From the NCBI RefSeq assembly GCF_001194135.2, contig NC_068990.1, positions 29,965,539 through 30,002,047 on the forward strand: DNA of 36,509 nucleotides, read 5' to 3'. Position numbers and translations under genes: made by a program. Numbering within the stretch: the first letter of the stretch is position 1; each line of letters begins with the position of its first letter. Under the pieces are notes generated by a model. The model had not been told where the DNA came from and searched no databases. It saw only the letters and a list, made by a program, of their open reading frames with translations. Origin of the DNA: Octopus bimaculoides (Eukaryota). Of this stretch, positions 1 through 33,135 are shown piece after piece.

Positions 1-490
1 ATATATATGACAAGCCACTGTTAATTTCCACCAATCAAATCCACTCACAAGGATTTGCTAGGCTAAGGTGTATAATAAAAAGATTTTCCAAAAGTATAAT
101 ATTCAGACAACTAACACCTACCTGATGTGTTTCTGCCGAATGCAAAGATGCATGTTGCTATTATTTTCACAAAGTTATATATTCCTAGGAATTTATCAAC
201 TGGTCATATATTTATGCATATTTGAAATTTCTTCTAACTTCATATAATATCATAAATGATAAGTAGGACATTGTATTATATTCTTATTTTATTTCATTTT
301 TACTGTACTTTTCAGTGTACTTTTTCTGTGAACAACTTTTACATCGTGTGATATCAGGTTTTCGCTATCTTTTCTTCTTCTTATGTATTATTCTCTTTCA
401 AATACACTTCTCAATCAATAAAAGTAACCTGTTTAAAAGTGCTTTTTGTTACAATTCGTGTGTGTATGTGTATGTGTATGTGTGTGTGTA

Positions 491-525
<35 letters not shown>

Positions 526-644
526 GTGTGTGTACGCGCGCGCGTGTGTTAAGGCATATATTCACACATATACACATTGGTTAAGTACTTATGCACTTGA
601 AAAAATAACAGAATTTAAGAGCTCGGTTGTTTAACAAGTATTTA

Positions 645-1485
645 CATGTTGACCTAAAAGAAACCGTAATTTTGCAATATTATTTTATTCACATAGTTTT
701 ACATGTTTACACTTTTATCACCTTCAAAGTATTCTCTACTTGAAGCAATGCATCCGTCCAGGCGTGTTCTCCGCTATTCGAAGCTGTGCTAGAATTCTTG
801 CAAAGTGATACCTTTTAACGCCTCCATCGTTTTTTTCCTTCGCCTCTCCCACGTCTGCAGATTCNNNNNNNNNNNNNNNNNNNNNNNNNNNNNNNNNNNN
901 NNNNNNNNNNNNNNNNNNNNNNNNNNNNNNNNNNNNNNNNNNNNNNNNNNNNNNNNNNNNNNNNNNNNNNNNNNNNNNNNNNNNNNNNNNNNNNNNNNNN
1001 NNNNNNNNNNNNNNNNNNNNNNNNNNNNNNNNNNNNNNNNNNNNNNNNNNCGGTTCACGACACGCATTCACTCGTGACTGCTTTTAATCTTCCGTGAGCA
1101 AGGCGAGGCACAAATTTTGATGAAACTCTTTTCATTCGCAGTTCTTCGCTCAAAATGCGTCAGCAGGAGCTCCAGGACACACCAGTCATATCAACAAGTT
1201 TGTAAATTGTTCAGTGATGGTCTTCCAAGATCAGTTCGTGAATTTTCATGATATTTACATTCGTTCGATAGATCGACGGTCGTCCTAAACGAGGTTGGTC
1301 TTCAAGCGTCAAGTAACCATTCCTAAAGCACGGAAACCACTCGAAAACTTGTGTTATGCTCGTAGCAGCGTCCTTCTAAGCTGCTTGAAGCAAGACAACT
1401 GCTTCAGCCGCCGTTTCCCCAGCAGAAAACAGAAGCACGCTGTTTCTACGTTTCAGCCATCGCAAAAGTCAACGAACGCTAAGAA
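645..1485 (-). mobile_element. Decayed mariner (Tc1/mariner) transposon, interrupted by an N gap
   Basis: Minus-strand translation gives MAET..FLLGKTAAEAVVLLQ..TQVFEWF..EDQPRLGRPS, ..ILSEELRMKRV..VPRLLTED and C-terminal ..LKGITLQEF..EYFEGD, with stops and frameshifts; TIR-like end near 645-675. Confidence 0.85.
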
Positions 1486-1642
1486 TTATGATTTATTTAG
1501 GTAATTATGGTATTAATAATAGGTGTTATGATAATACAAAATTATTCATCTGCACAGGTACTTCTTGTACATCAAATCGTAGTAAAATCTCAGTAAAATG
1601 CATTTGTAACTTATTCTAAAATGTCTCAAACAGATTCAATAA

Positions 1643-2545
1643 ATGGCAAAAAAGACTTTGGAACGTCAGGGGAACAGGTCTGGCTCGGCAGGTGTCCCAG
1701 TGTATCACAGGCTGGGCCCTCGTCACCCTGCCAATGTAGTCAAACTATCTTCAAGAAAAAGTAAAAATAAACATCCTTTGAATTTTGGCTGCTGGAATGT
1801 GCACACACGTCTTGGTGATACTTTCAACAAGTGGCCAGAATGGTGTACTGCACTTATTGCATGTGATCTTAAGAAATAGTCCCTTGATATAGTTGCGCTC
1901 TCTGAAACTCGTCTCTCTGGTAAGGGTCAAATAAATGAACTTACGTATGGATATATTATCTTTTGGAGAGGCCTACGTGAGGGTTAGCGTAGATAATCTA
2001 GTGTTGGGTTTGCTCTCAAGAATTCATTAGTTTCCTCCATTGCAGAATTTCCAAGTGGTATATCTGAACGAACCATGTTATGCCGTATAAAACTGATAAA
2101 AGGTAGGTTTCTTACCGTTGTCAGTATTTATGCACCAACAATGTCTCATTCTGATGAAACCGTAGGACAGTTTAATGACGATCTACACAATTATTGAAGT
2201 AAGTACCAATTTCTGACGAGCTGGTCATATTGGAAGATTTCAATGCAAAAGTTGGAAATGACTACGTTTCATGGCCTCTTTTAGGCCGACGTGGAATTGG
2301 AAAATGTAATTAAAATGGAGAAGCTCTTTTGATGTTTTGTACTGAGAATAATCTGGTTGTTACCAACATTCTATTTAAGCAGAAAAATGAATATAAAACC
2401 ACCTGGATGCACCCAAGATCTAAGCACTGGTATCTCATAGATTATATTCTCATTAGAAAACGTAACATGAAAGATGTTTCTAGCGTTCGGGCCATGAGAG
2501 GGGCAGAGAGCTGGACTGACCATCGTCTAGTGCGTGGAAAAATAA
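1643..2545 (+). mobile_element. RTE-clade LINE 5' fragment (APE endonuclease pseudogene)
   Basis: LNFGCWNV, DIVALSETR, VSIYAPT, GDFNAKVG, TTWMHPRSKHWYLIDYIL and WTDHRLV motifs with in-frame stops. Confidence 0.92.
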
Positions 2546-3924
2546 ACATATACATATATATACATATATATATGTGTGTGTGTGTGTGCGCACATATATA
2601 TATATGAATACACATATACANNNNNNNNNNNNNNNNNNNNNNNNNNNNNNNNNNNNNNNNNNNNNNNNNNNNNNNNNNNNNNNNNNNNNNNNNNNNNNNN
2701 NNNNNNNNNNNNNNNNNNNNNNNNNNNNNNNNNNNNNNNNNNNNNNNNNNNNNNNNNNNNNNNNNNNNNNNNNNNNNNNNNNNNNNNNNNNNNNNNNNNN
2801 NNNNNNNNNNNNNNNNNNNNNNNNNNNNNNNNNNNNNNNNNNNNNNNNNNNNNNNNNNNNNNNNNNNNNNNNNNNNNNNNNNNNNNNNNNNNNNNNNNNN
2901 NNNNNNNNNNNNNNNNNNNNNNNNNNNNNNNNNNNNNNNNNNNNNNNNNNNNNNNNNNNNNNNNNNNNNNNNNNNNNNNNNNNNNNNNNNNNNNNNNNNN
3001 NNNNNNNNNNNNNNNNNNNNNNNNNNNNNNNNNNNNNNNNNNNNNNNNNNNNNNNNNNNNNNNNNNNNNNNNNNNNNNNNNNNNNNNNNNNNNNNNNNNN
3101 NNNNNNNNNNNNNNNNNNNNNNNNNNNNNNNNNNNNNNNNNNNNNNNNNNNNNNNNNNNNNNNNNNNNNNNNNNNNNNNNNNNNNNNNNNNNNNNNNNNN
3201 NNNNNNNNNNNNNNNNNNNNNNNNNNNNNNNNNNNNNNNNNNNNNNNNNNNNNNNNNNNNNNNNNNNNNNNNNNNNNNNNNNNNNNNNNNNNNNNNNNNN
3301 NNNNNNNNNNNNNNNNNNNNNNNNNNNNNNNNNNNNNNNNNNNNNNNNNNNNNNNNNNNNNNNNNNNNNNNNNNNNNNNNNNNNNNNNNNNNNNNNNNNN
3401 NNNNNNNNNNNNNNNNNNNNNNNNNNNNNNNNNNNNNNNNNNNNNNNNNNNNNNNNNNNNNNNNNNNNNNNNNNNNNNNNNNNNNNNNNNNNNNNNNNNN
3501 NNCAATTAACTAAAGGCAGGTTTGTTTTTGCTTTTCCCTTCGGTTTTTTGTTCTATGTGTGCCATAAATATCGCCATCCGTTTAGAGAAAAAATTTGTAG
3601 TTTAGAATCAGTAGTTCTTTGACTGCTATTTCTAAATTTTCAGTATGTTGGAGAAGCAACTCAATGCTAATCCCTGTATATTTATGATGATAAATGGTTT
3701 TACCGATAAAGGTTTTTTCATACTGAACTACTTGGCAAAATTGTTAATTATTAATTCTATTACTAATTGACGATTCCCTGCCCTTATTCTTGTATATTTA
3801 TTCTTAGATATATATATATATATACATATATATATGTGTGTGTGTGTGTGCGCACATATATATATATGAATACACATATACATATACACACACACGCACA
3901 CACATACATATATACACACATATA

Positions 3925-4080
3925 TGATGGGCTTCTTTCAGTTTCCATCAACCAAATCCACTCACAAATATTTGGTCAGCCATATGGCCCTAATAGAAAG
4001 CACTTGCCCAAGGTGCTGCCAAGTGGGACTGAACCTAAGACGAAATGGTTGAGAAGCAAGCTTCTTATCCAGATAACCAA
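3925..4080 (-). mobile_element. tRNA-derived SINE head (family A)
   Basis: Reverse-complement match to the copy at 23025-23188. Confidence 0.75.
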
Positions 4081-4225
4081 ACTTGTGTCTAAATTATAAC
4101 ATTTGAATACAAAGAAACAGAAAAAGAAAAAGAAAGTTAAAAGTGGTGGGGCGGAGTAACGCTACAGAAGATGTAATTAAATTTAAATGAAAAATCAAAG
4201 AAACCTATTTTGTATATTTTCCTAG

Positions 4226-25259
<21,034 letters not shown>

Positions 25260-25298
25260 CACATCTATATTTCGTTTGTGGTTTAAAATGAGATGAAT

Positions 25299-25304
25299 AA
25301 TAAA
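25299..25304 (+). promoter_or_regulatory. Candidate polyadenylation signal AATAAA of SLC22 gene 1
   Basis: Hexamer 40 nt after the putative stop codon and just before a LINE fragment. Confidence 0.35.
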
Positions 25305-25364
25305 AACCTGACTCTAAACCAAACAAAAATGAGAAGGTAAATTAAAAACAGCAAACTAAAGATA

Positions 25365-26520
25365 TAAGAACAAGGCCTTCAGCATAGAGGAGCTCTCAGG
25401 AGCAGCCTGTCTTAAATTCCTATGTTATTGTCTGGAGGACTATGATAAACAAGAGAGGGCTGAGGACTGCTCCTTAGTGAACCCCTAGTTGTATGCTGAA
25501 TTCTTCACTATACTCATTGCTAACCTTCACCTTACTGACAGCATCCTTGTACATGGCGTGTACAGCTCTCACCAATCACTCATCTATCCCTAGCTTCCAC
25601 ATTGACCACCAGATAAGGGAGTGGGAGATTCAGCCAAAAGCTTTCTCCATTTCAACAAAAGCCAGCTACAGGGGTTTATTTTTGGCTAAATATTTCTCCT
25701 GCAGTTGCCTAACCAGAAATATAGCATCAGTCGTGCTCCTACTTGGCACAAATCCAAACTGCATCTCATCTACGTTAATTCTCTCCCTAATTAATTGGGC
25801 AATGACCCTTTTTTGTGACTTACATCCCCTAGTCTAGCAGTTTGATGCCTTTATAGTTATTCCTGTCTAAGGCACTACCTTTACTTTTGTAACAGTTGAC
25901 TATGATGCTGCTGCACCAATCGTTGGGTATGACTCCCTCATAGACATTCTGATTAACTCTATGGGTGACTAAGCTATATCCTACTCTGCCAGATGTTTTT
26001 AGCATCTCAGCAGAGATTCGTGATGAACCAGGATGTTTCTCAGCCTTGATATCCTTAACCCATAAGCTGCTGGGATTTTGCCGTATGTAACACGAACTGC
26101 TGAGCCTATTTTGGGTAAAGGTCAACATCGATCTATCACTCGAAAACAATACTGTGTTTCTTAACACCTTCTGTGATTGACTACACTGTTTCTGGGGTGA
26201 AAGGGTATCGTGTGCATACATTATACGTCATCAAAATTAGGTCAGATCATGCCCTACNNNNNNNNNNACATTATACGTCATCAAAATTAGGTCAGATCAT
26301 GCCCTACTTCCGTGGCCTGTCGCACTGTCACGTTGGCCACTGAGGTGGCCTATCGCAGTTTATGGGTTAATTGCTTTATCTACAAAGCTACTGTTGACTC
26401 CGATAGCTGGTCCTACAGTTGGGTCTACATTTGGTAGAATCCTTCTCCTCTATTTTCTCTACATTGATCAGCCTTTCATAATGGCATTTCCAAGCCTCTT
26501 TCTTTTCAGAATTATTAAAT
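25365..26520 (-). mobile_element. RTE-clade LINE RT fragment (pseudogene), interrupted at about 26065-26370
   Basis: EAWKCHYERL, NYKGIKLL, QFGFVPSRSTTDAIF, AFVEMEKAF, GVH*GAVLSPLLFIIVL and ELLYA motifs. Confidence 0.9.
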
Positions 26521-27057
26521 GCAAGTGAACCATCATCTATTTAGATACATTTCTCTCCTATGACATCATGATTTTCTCTCACACACTGTCTTGCAATCCA
26601 AAACAATTCAAGTCTTTGGTCCTTACATCGTTGAACATAGGCAAACAGCTTCTTTTCAGTTACTTCCCTGGATAAAGTGTAAGATAAGTGTTGTAAATTA
26701 TAATCTTTGTAAATATAAGCGTTATTGCTGCAAACATAAATGGGTCAATGTTTAGTTTAAGTAAATCAGCTGCTGTTGGCTAGTCCATTATATATAGAAA
26801 GGGGTAGGTGGTTTGTTAATTTACTAAGTAATGCATCTCTTTTTGGCGCATGCAGTAGTGTGGATGATTGCTGGTGGGGAGAGAGGGAGTTAGGCAAGTC
26901 TTCATGTACAGAAGTGAGGCGGAGCCTTATAGTGGTTTCCGATACAAGAGATTTCCAGTATAGGTGGTGGGGGCAGGAATGAGTGGGTGCATCACGGATA
27001 AGTAAAAGGCTAGTTTCACTGCAGCAAATACTAGCCAAGATAAAAAGGCAGTAGGAA

Positions 27058-27060
<3 letters not shown>

Positions 27061-27120
<60 letters not shown>

Positions 27121-27160
27121 GAGAGGAGAGATAGCAAGAAAGAGTGCGAGAGTGAGAGAG
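27061..27160. repeat. (GA)n microsatellite
   Basis: Read directly from the sequence. Confidence 0.95.
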
Positions 27161-28299
27161 ACTTGAAAGATTTTATTACCGGAGAAATCATGGTAAATAT
27201 AAGAAGACATGAGTTATGAAAGAGCATGAGAATTTTGTAAAGAATTAGAGTGGGCGAGGATTTACGAATTTTAGCGAGAGAGGAGGAGAGAGAGAAACTT
27301 GGAAGAATATTTGCTGAAGTTACAAAATAGAAAGAATAATTTTCAACTCCCAGTAAATCCAAGAGTTGTTATGACATTCTATATTCCAGAACACTTTGTA
27401 GAATCAAGACAGACTGGACTTTAGACTAGTTCCTTAAAGAAGATTTGAGACGAATCAAAATAGATTTCACTGATTTATATGAAGAACTAGAAGTCATAGT
27501 ATACCTCCCCATGGTATTTATTTACAAGTACTTGAAGTGAGTGAGCGATCTTCTTCAAGAAACACATCTATTTCATGGAGATATAATTTCTTTCAAGTAG
27601 GACAATACTTGAAATACCAAATGTACAATATAAAGTAAACAACGAAATTCTATTGAATACAAACAATTTAATAGTGTTTCTGAAGCGAGATCAGCTTGGT
27701 TTCTGTTAACCCAGTTTAAATTGTTACAAGTTATTCTATTGTCCTCAGTGTACTGAGCACAAAATGTCTCCTTTTCAGACTGCCATTGACAATTTGTCTT
27801 TGTGCTCCCCTTTAAGACATGGTGTTCAATGAAAATTGCTAACATAGAGTTAATCAGCCAGAGAGGTAAACAAATAAATGAAATGGCAGAATGGTGAACT
27901 ACTATGGAGCGTGCTAGATTAAAACTTAGCCACTTCATGCATCTACACACACACATATACACTCACACACACACACGTACATACAAACACACACAAGCAC
28001 ATACATACACACAAACATGATCACTCAAACGCACATATCATCATTAAAATCATTTATCATCCATGTCCTACGCTGGCAGGGACTGGACAGTTTGACAAGA
28101 TCTGATGAGTCCAAGGACAGACTTGTTGTGCAGTATCACCTGTGGATGCCCTTCATAACGCTAATCAATTTAAAGTGGGTACCGGTTGGCTTTTTTGTGC
28201 CACCAGCACTTGTGTGTGTATATACAAATTTCTTCTATAAATACATAAATATCTCTGTGCTTATACACGAGTGTTCATGGTGTGACTATTTTCAGTTTT

Positions 28300-28345
<46 letters not shown>

Positions 28346-28609
28346 TCTCTTTCTCTCTTTCTCTCTCTTTCCTCCTATATGCATTTACATGTGTGTATGT
28401 TTATTTTATATAACAAGCCGATGCGTGTTTATTGACATCACTATCTCTGTATGTATATATATGTACATATATACACACATGCATATACACACAGACTGGT
28501 GTTGAACTTTGTGCTGGTAGAAGGTGCTCTTTATAAATTCTACTTTGCAATTATTTGCAAATGTTTCTTGATTTATTTCCTTGAAAATAGCCATTAGATG
28601 TGCACCGTT

Positions 28610-28800
28610 GCTGATTGTAGACCCCATCGTCTCAGTACAACTAAGCCGTTTGAAACTGGAAGTGATACACAGATTCCACAATGGCAGCAAGCTGAAGACA
28701 TTGCAAGATCTTTTGGTCTGCCACCAACCACTGTAAGAACATGCAGTTGGCAGTAATGCGTGGGAAGCATTGAAGCTTGTTTCTCAAAGTGTAACACATG
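28610..28800 (+). mobile_element. pogo/Tigger-like transposase N-terminal HTH remnant
   Basis: Frameshifted KLEVIHRFHNG / AEDIARSFGLPPTTVRT. Confidence 0.55.
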
Positions 28801-28984
28801 CCAACAAAGAGCATGGGCATTAAAGGATGGTGATGGTGATGATTATGATGATGATGACAATGTCGACTACGACGCTGATGACGTGGGGGGGGGGAGAAGA
28901 GGAGGATTATAACGATGATGAGGATTATGATGATGATGATGATGAATAAACAGTATTGCCGGAAAACAAATGCAGGACATGCTT

Positions 28985-29515
28985 GAAGCCAATGAAGACA
29001 CAATATTTCTTACCTGGTGACAAGAAATGAAATGAAGGCTCAGGTCATCGGATGATATCATACCATTTCTCCAAGACCTAAGAACTTCAAGAGACTGCAA
29101 CCATTATAGAATGTCACGGTGACTGTTTTTTAGTTTTAGGATAACAGAGGCAGAACTCTTCTTGATTTTCTGTAGCGTTTGCTGTACATTAAATGCCACA
29201 GTGTACAGACAGCGGTACATTGAGGGCCTGAAAGAAGCCATTAGAAGGAAGAAACCCCCAAAGAATTTGAAAATGATTCTCATTCACCACACACATCTTT
29301 GACATCAAATCAGACAATGGCTGGCCAGTAGTTCTCCCTTCACTGTATACACCAGATCAGGCACTATTCGACTTTTACCTGCCCAGGCCAATGAAGGACA
29401 GTCTACGAGAACAGCAATTTGATGAAAATAGCTGTGAAGGAATAGGTATAACAGCGCAGGGTTCAATAATAGTACAAATGCATCGCTTGTGATGGAGACA
29501 ATGTGGAATAGTAGC
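28985..29515 (+). mobile_element. Decayed mariner transposase C-terminal half
   Basis: LKEAIRRK, YTPDQALFDFYLPRPMKDSLREQQF (compare YSPDLAPSDF) and KCIACDGDNVE. Confidence 0.75.
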
Positions 29516-29679
29516 CCTTTGTGGAGAGGAAGAGCTATTCTACTAAGATGTGCAAATAGATTGGTTCATGTCAGTTAATGAAATTTAAAAAAGTCATACT
29601 GACCGTTGCATTACTTTGAGGGAGCCCATCTGTGCGTGTGTGTACGCGTACATGCATACAGACAAACATATATACATAA

Positions 29680-29735
<56 letters not shown>

Positions 29736-29924
29736 GTGAAATAACTTATAAGGATATCTTAATTGTTGTCTCCCTTGCATTAGTCCTGGAGTTTTGCAAG
29801 GAACTGCGTTCATCATGGATTAATTCCCCAATCATTTTATGAGAATGCTTGTGAGCGCCCAAATTTAGTAATATAAGTACACACATATAAACACATGCAC
29901 ATCACTGCCACCATCGTCATTATC

Positions 29925-30130
29925 CTCATCATTTAACGTCATCTGTCTTCAATGCTGGAATGGGTTGTGGTGTTTGACAGGAGCTGGCTCCAGTCATCTG
30001 CTTTGGAATGGTTTCTATGGCTCAATGCCCTTCCTAATGCCAACCGCTTCACAATGTGCTTTATCGGTGATCTGTACGTGGTGCTGGTACGGGTGATTTT
30101 TACGTGTCACTGGCACAGGTACTTTCTGCT
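29925..30130. mobile_element. SINE/LINE-tail-like repeat, related to 28040-28220
   Basis: Shared catcatcatttaa..atgctgg..ggac..tttgac..gagc and gtgccaccagcac-like blocks. Confidence 0.5.
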
Positions 30131-30189
30131 TCATGCCAGCTCGGGTGCTTTCCATGGGGTGTCAGCATGGGTGCATTTCAGATGGCCCA

Positions 30190-31285
30190 GTACCCGTGGG
30201 GTTGCCAAGTAGCTTGCAAGAGAAGGACATCTCAGCTGAGAGAGGAAAAGGAACCGAGAGGAGAGACCGTATGCCAGTTCCAGATGCCATATTTTCTTTG
30301 ATAGTCTTGTACTATTCAACACAGTCTCTCTTCTCGGTTCCTTTTCCTCTGACATTACCCATCGCATAGAGCAGGCTGACTTCATTTCCTCTGTTGTCAC
30401 AGTCCATGTTTCACTGCCATGTAGCATGGCTGTTCACACACAAGCATCATACAATCTGCCTTTCACTCTGAGAGAGAGGCTCTTTGTAACCAACAAAGGT
30501 AGCAGCCCTCTGAACTTTACCCATATCATTCAGAGCTTCCTCCTTTATTGCTAACTTGATCACCTAGGTAATGGAAACTATCTACTTCTTCTAAGGACAC
30601 CCCTGGACATTTCAGGGTATCTGTTTCCTTTACATTCTTAATATTTATTGTACCTACGCATCTGCCACACACAAAAACTAGTTTCTCTGTTAACCTTCCT
30701 GTAATACTGCTGCACCTCTTATGTGTCCATAGCTTGCACTGACTACGCTATATGAAGTTTCTACCAAAACCTTTTCTACATATGGAGCAGGGCCCCTTCT
30801 CCCTGAAGGCATTAGTGTTTTATCTGTTTTCCTACTTACTAGGATTTTAGTCATTCCTAAATTAACTCTAAGGCCCTTTTATTCCAGAATTTGCTACCAC
30901 ACCTGAAATTTTTTCTCTAATGCTGGTTGTGATTAAGCAATAAGATCAAGGTCATCAGCATAGAGGAGGTTTCATGAGCAACACGTCTTAAATTCCTCTG
31001 TTATGTCCTGGAGGATTATGATGAACAAGGGGAGTCTGAGAACCGATCCTTGGCGAACTTTCACATGTACATTGAATTCACTGTTATACTCCTTGCCAAC
31101 CTTCACCTTACAATCAGCATCTCTGTACCTGGTTTCTACAGCTCTCACGAACCACTCATTTATCCCTAGTCTTCTGCATTGCCCACCAGATAAGGGAACA
31201 GGGGAGCCCCTCAAAGGCTTTCTCCATGTCAATGAAAGCAAAGTACAGAGAATTGTTTTGGGCTAAGTAATTCTCCTGCAGTAAA
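30190..31285 (-). mobile_element. RTE-clade LINE RT 3' fragment (pseudogene)
   Basis: QENYLAQNNSLYFAFIDMEKAF, GINEWFVRAV, KVRQGSVL, ADDLDL-like and MLHGSETW motifs; same family as 25365-26520. Confidence 0.9.
30241..30350. repeat. 30-bp inverted repeat with a 50-nt spacer embedded in the RTE fragment
   Basis: Arms 30241-30270 / 30321-30350, 28/30 identical. Confidence 0.9.
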
Positions 31286-31295
31286 AAAGTAAAAG

Positions 31296-31330
31296 TAATT
31301 ACCCGATCAACGACGGGTATTACTGCTAGT
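31296..31330 (+). mobile_element. Helitron-like 3' terminus
   Basis: TACCCG-N8-CGGGTA hairpin followed 6 nt later by CTAG and then T. Confidence 0.5.
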
Positions 31331-32129
31331 GTATATATATATATATATATATATATNNNNNNNNNNNNNNNNNNNNNNNNNNNNNNNNNNNNNNNNNNNN
31401 NNNNNNNNNNNNNNNNNNNNNNNNNNNNNNNNNNNNNNNNNNNNNNNNNNNNNNNNNNNNNNNNNNNNNNNNNNNNNNNNNNNNNNNNNNNNNNNNNNNN
31501 NNNNNNNNNNNNNNNNNNNNNNNNNNNNNNNNNNNNNNNNNNNNNNNNNNNNNNNNNNNNNNNNNNNNNNNNNNNNNNNNNNNNNNNNNNNNNNNNNNNN
31601 NNNNNNNNNNNNNNNNNNNNNNNNNNNNNNNNNNNNNNNNNNNNNNNNNNNNNNNNNNNNNNNNNNNNNNNNNNNNNNNNNNNNNNNNNNNNNNNNNNNN
31701 NNNNNNNNNNNNNNNNNNNNNNNNNNNNNNNNNNNNNNNNNNNNNNNNNNNNNNNNNNNNNNNNNNNNNNNNNNNNNNNNNNNNNNNNNNNNNNNNNNNN
31801 NNNNNNNNNNNNNNNNNNNNNNNNNNNNNNNNNNNNNNNNNNNNNNNNNNNNNNNNNNNNNNNNNNNNNNNNNNNNNNNNNNNNNNNNNNNNNNNNNNNN
31901 NNNNNNNNNNNNNNNNNNNNNNNNNNNNNNNNNNNNNNNNNNNNNNNNNNNNNNNNNNNNNNNNNNNNNNNNNNNNNNNNNNNNNNNNNNNNNNNNNNNN
32001 NNNNAAAATTCAATAGTGATAGTAGTGGTTGACAAGAAATGAATATCATCAAATGTTATCTCTAACGATAAGTCTACGACAACCTCCTAAGCAGACCGAG
32101 TGCAGATATGAATAGCATATAGGAACCGG

Positions 32130-32227
<98 letters not shown>

Positions 32228-32305
32228 GGGAGAAAAAGAAGAAGAAGAACAACAACAACAACTACAACAACAACTACAACTACTACTACTACATCGAATT
32301 AGGTA

Positions 32306-32442
32306 CATTATTTACATTATTTACAATTGACGGATTTCCCAAGACACCTGATGAAGGCTGTAGGTATATCAGCCGAAACGTTGTGATAACAACAAACAAG
32401 ATGAGGACAAATATCTGTCAATTGTAAATAATGTAAATAATG
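32306..32442. mobile_element. Penelope-derived fold-back element with 30-bp inverted arms
   Basis: Arms 32306-32335 / 32413-32442 are 29/30 identical and enclose the hammerhead motif. Confidence 0.7.
32343..32387 (+). ncRNA. Minimal type I hammerhead ribozyme motif (Penelope-like element type)
   Basis: CAC-CUGAUGA-A-GGCUG(9-nt loop)CAGCC-GAAA-CG-UU-GUG, with palindromic stem III (ACGU). Confidence 0.7.
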
Positions 32443-32446
32443 AATA

Positions 32447-33135
32447 TGCTGTACTGTTTAGCATTCACGCCGGAAGCTCCAATACGAATATTTCGGAGTG
32501 TTTGAGTGTCAATCTGAGGAGAGTGCAGAGAATGCAAGAAGAGTTGGATGGGTCTGATGGTAATTATGAAGGTACGGCAGCTCGGAAAACACACTCTGAT
32601 CGTTCTGAAAAGAACTCAACAGGGAGGCCTACATCAAATGCCTGCAGGAGGTAGTGCTACCCTGGGTCAAGAAGCTGGCTGCTGGAACACACTATGCCTG
32701 GCAACAGGCTTCTGCACCATTCCACACAAGCAGGAGAACCACAGTCATTGCTGTCAGACAATTTCTGTGACCGCATCACCCCTAACATCTGACCACCTAA
32801 CTCTCCAGACTGTGTCCCTCTTGATTATTATGTGTGGGGCACATAATAATCGAGGGAGCAACAAAACTTCTTGTAACACCAAAGATAAACTGAAGGCATG
32901 GATTATAGCAGCATTTCCAACTTTAAACAAGGAGACCGTCCAGAAGAGTTACAAGAGATTCCGAAGTCGTCTGAAAGCCATGGTTGAAACCAATGGCGAT
33001 TTTAGTGAATGAATTTACTCTTTAGTATTTCAAGATATTTTTATTTAATTTTGGTAAATATATCTGTTAAAATGAGATGTCAGTGTTATTTTCATTTTTG
33101 CGTAACTTAGACGACATTTCATTCACCGCACTCTG
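32447..33135 (+). mobile_element. Internally deleted maT (DD37D) Tc1/mariner element
   Basis: AWQQ(A)SAPFHT..PPNSPDCVPLDYYVWG with 37 residues between the expected 2nd and 3rd Asp; ends in ..actctg|TA. Confidence 0.85.

Noticed and set aside
300-425. Strong acceptor-like ttttcag at 315 followed by AATAAA, as a possible last exon of an upstream gene
   Set aside because: No recognisable protein in any frame, and such motifs are common in AT-rich DNA.
26218-26307. 40-bp direct repeat separated by 10 N
   Set aside because: An exact duplicate flanking a minimal gap is an unmerged contig overlap, not a biological repeat or CRISPR.
27780-27865. AG...GT-bounded 86-bp candidate exon
   Set aside because: All three frames are closed; it could only be UTR and has no independent support.
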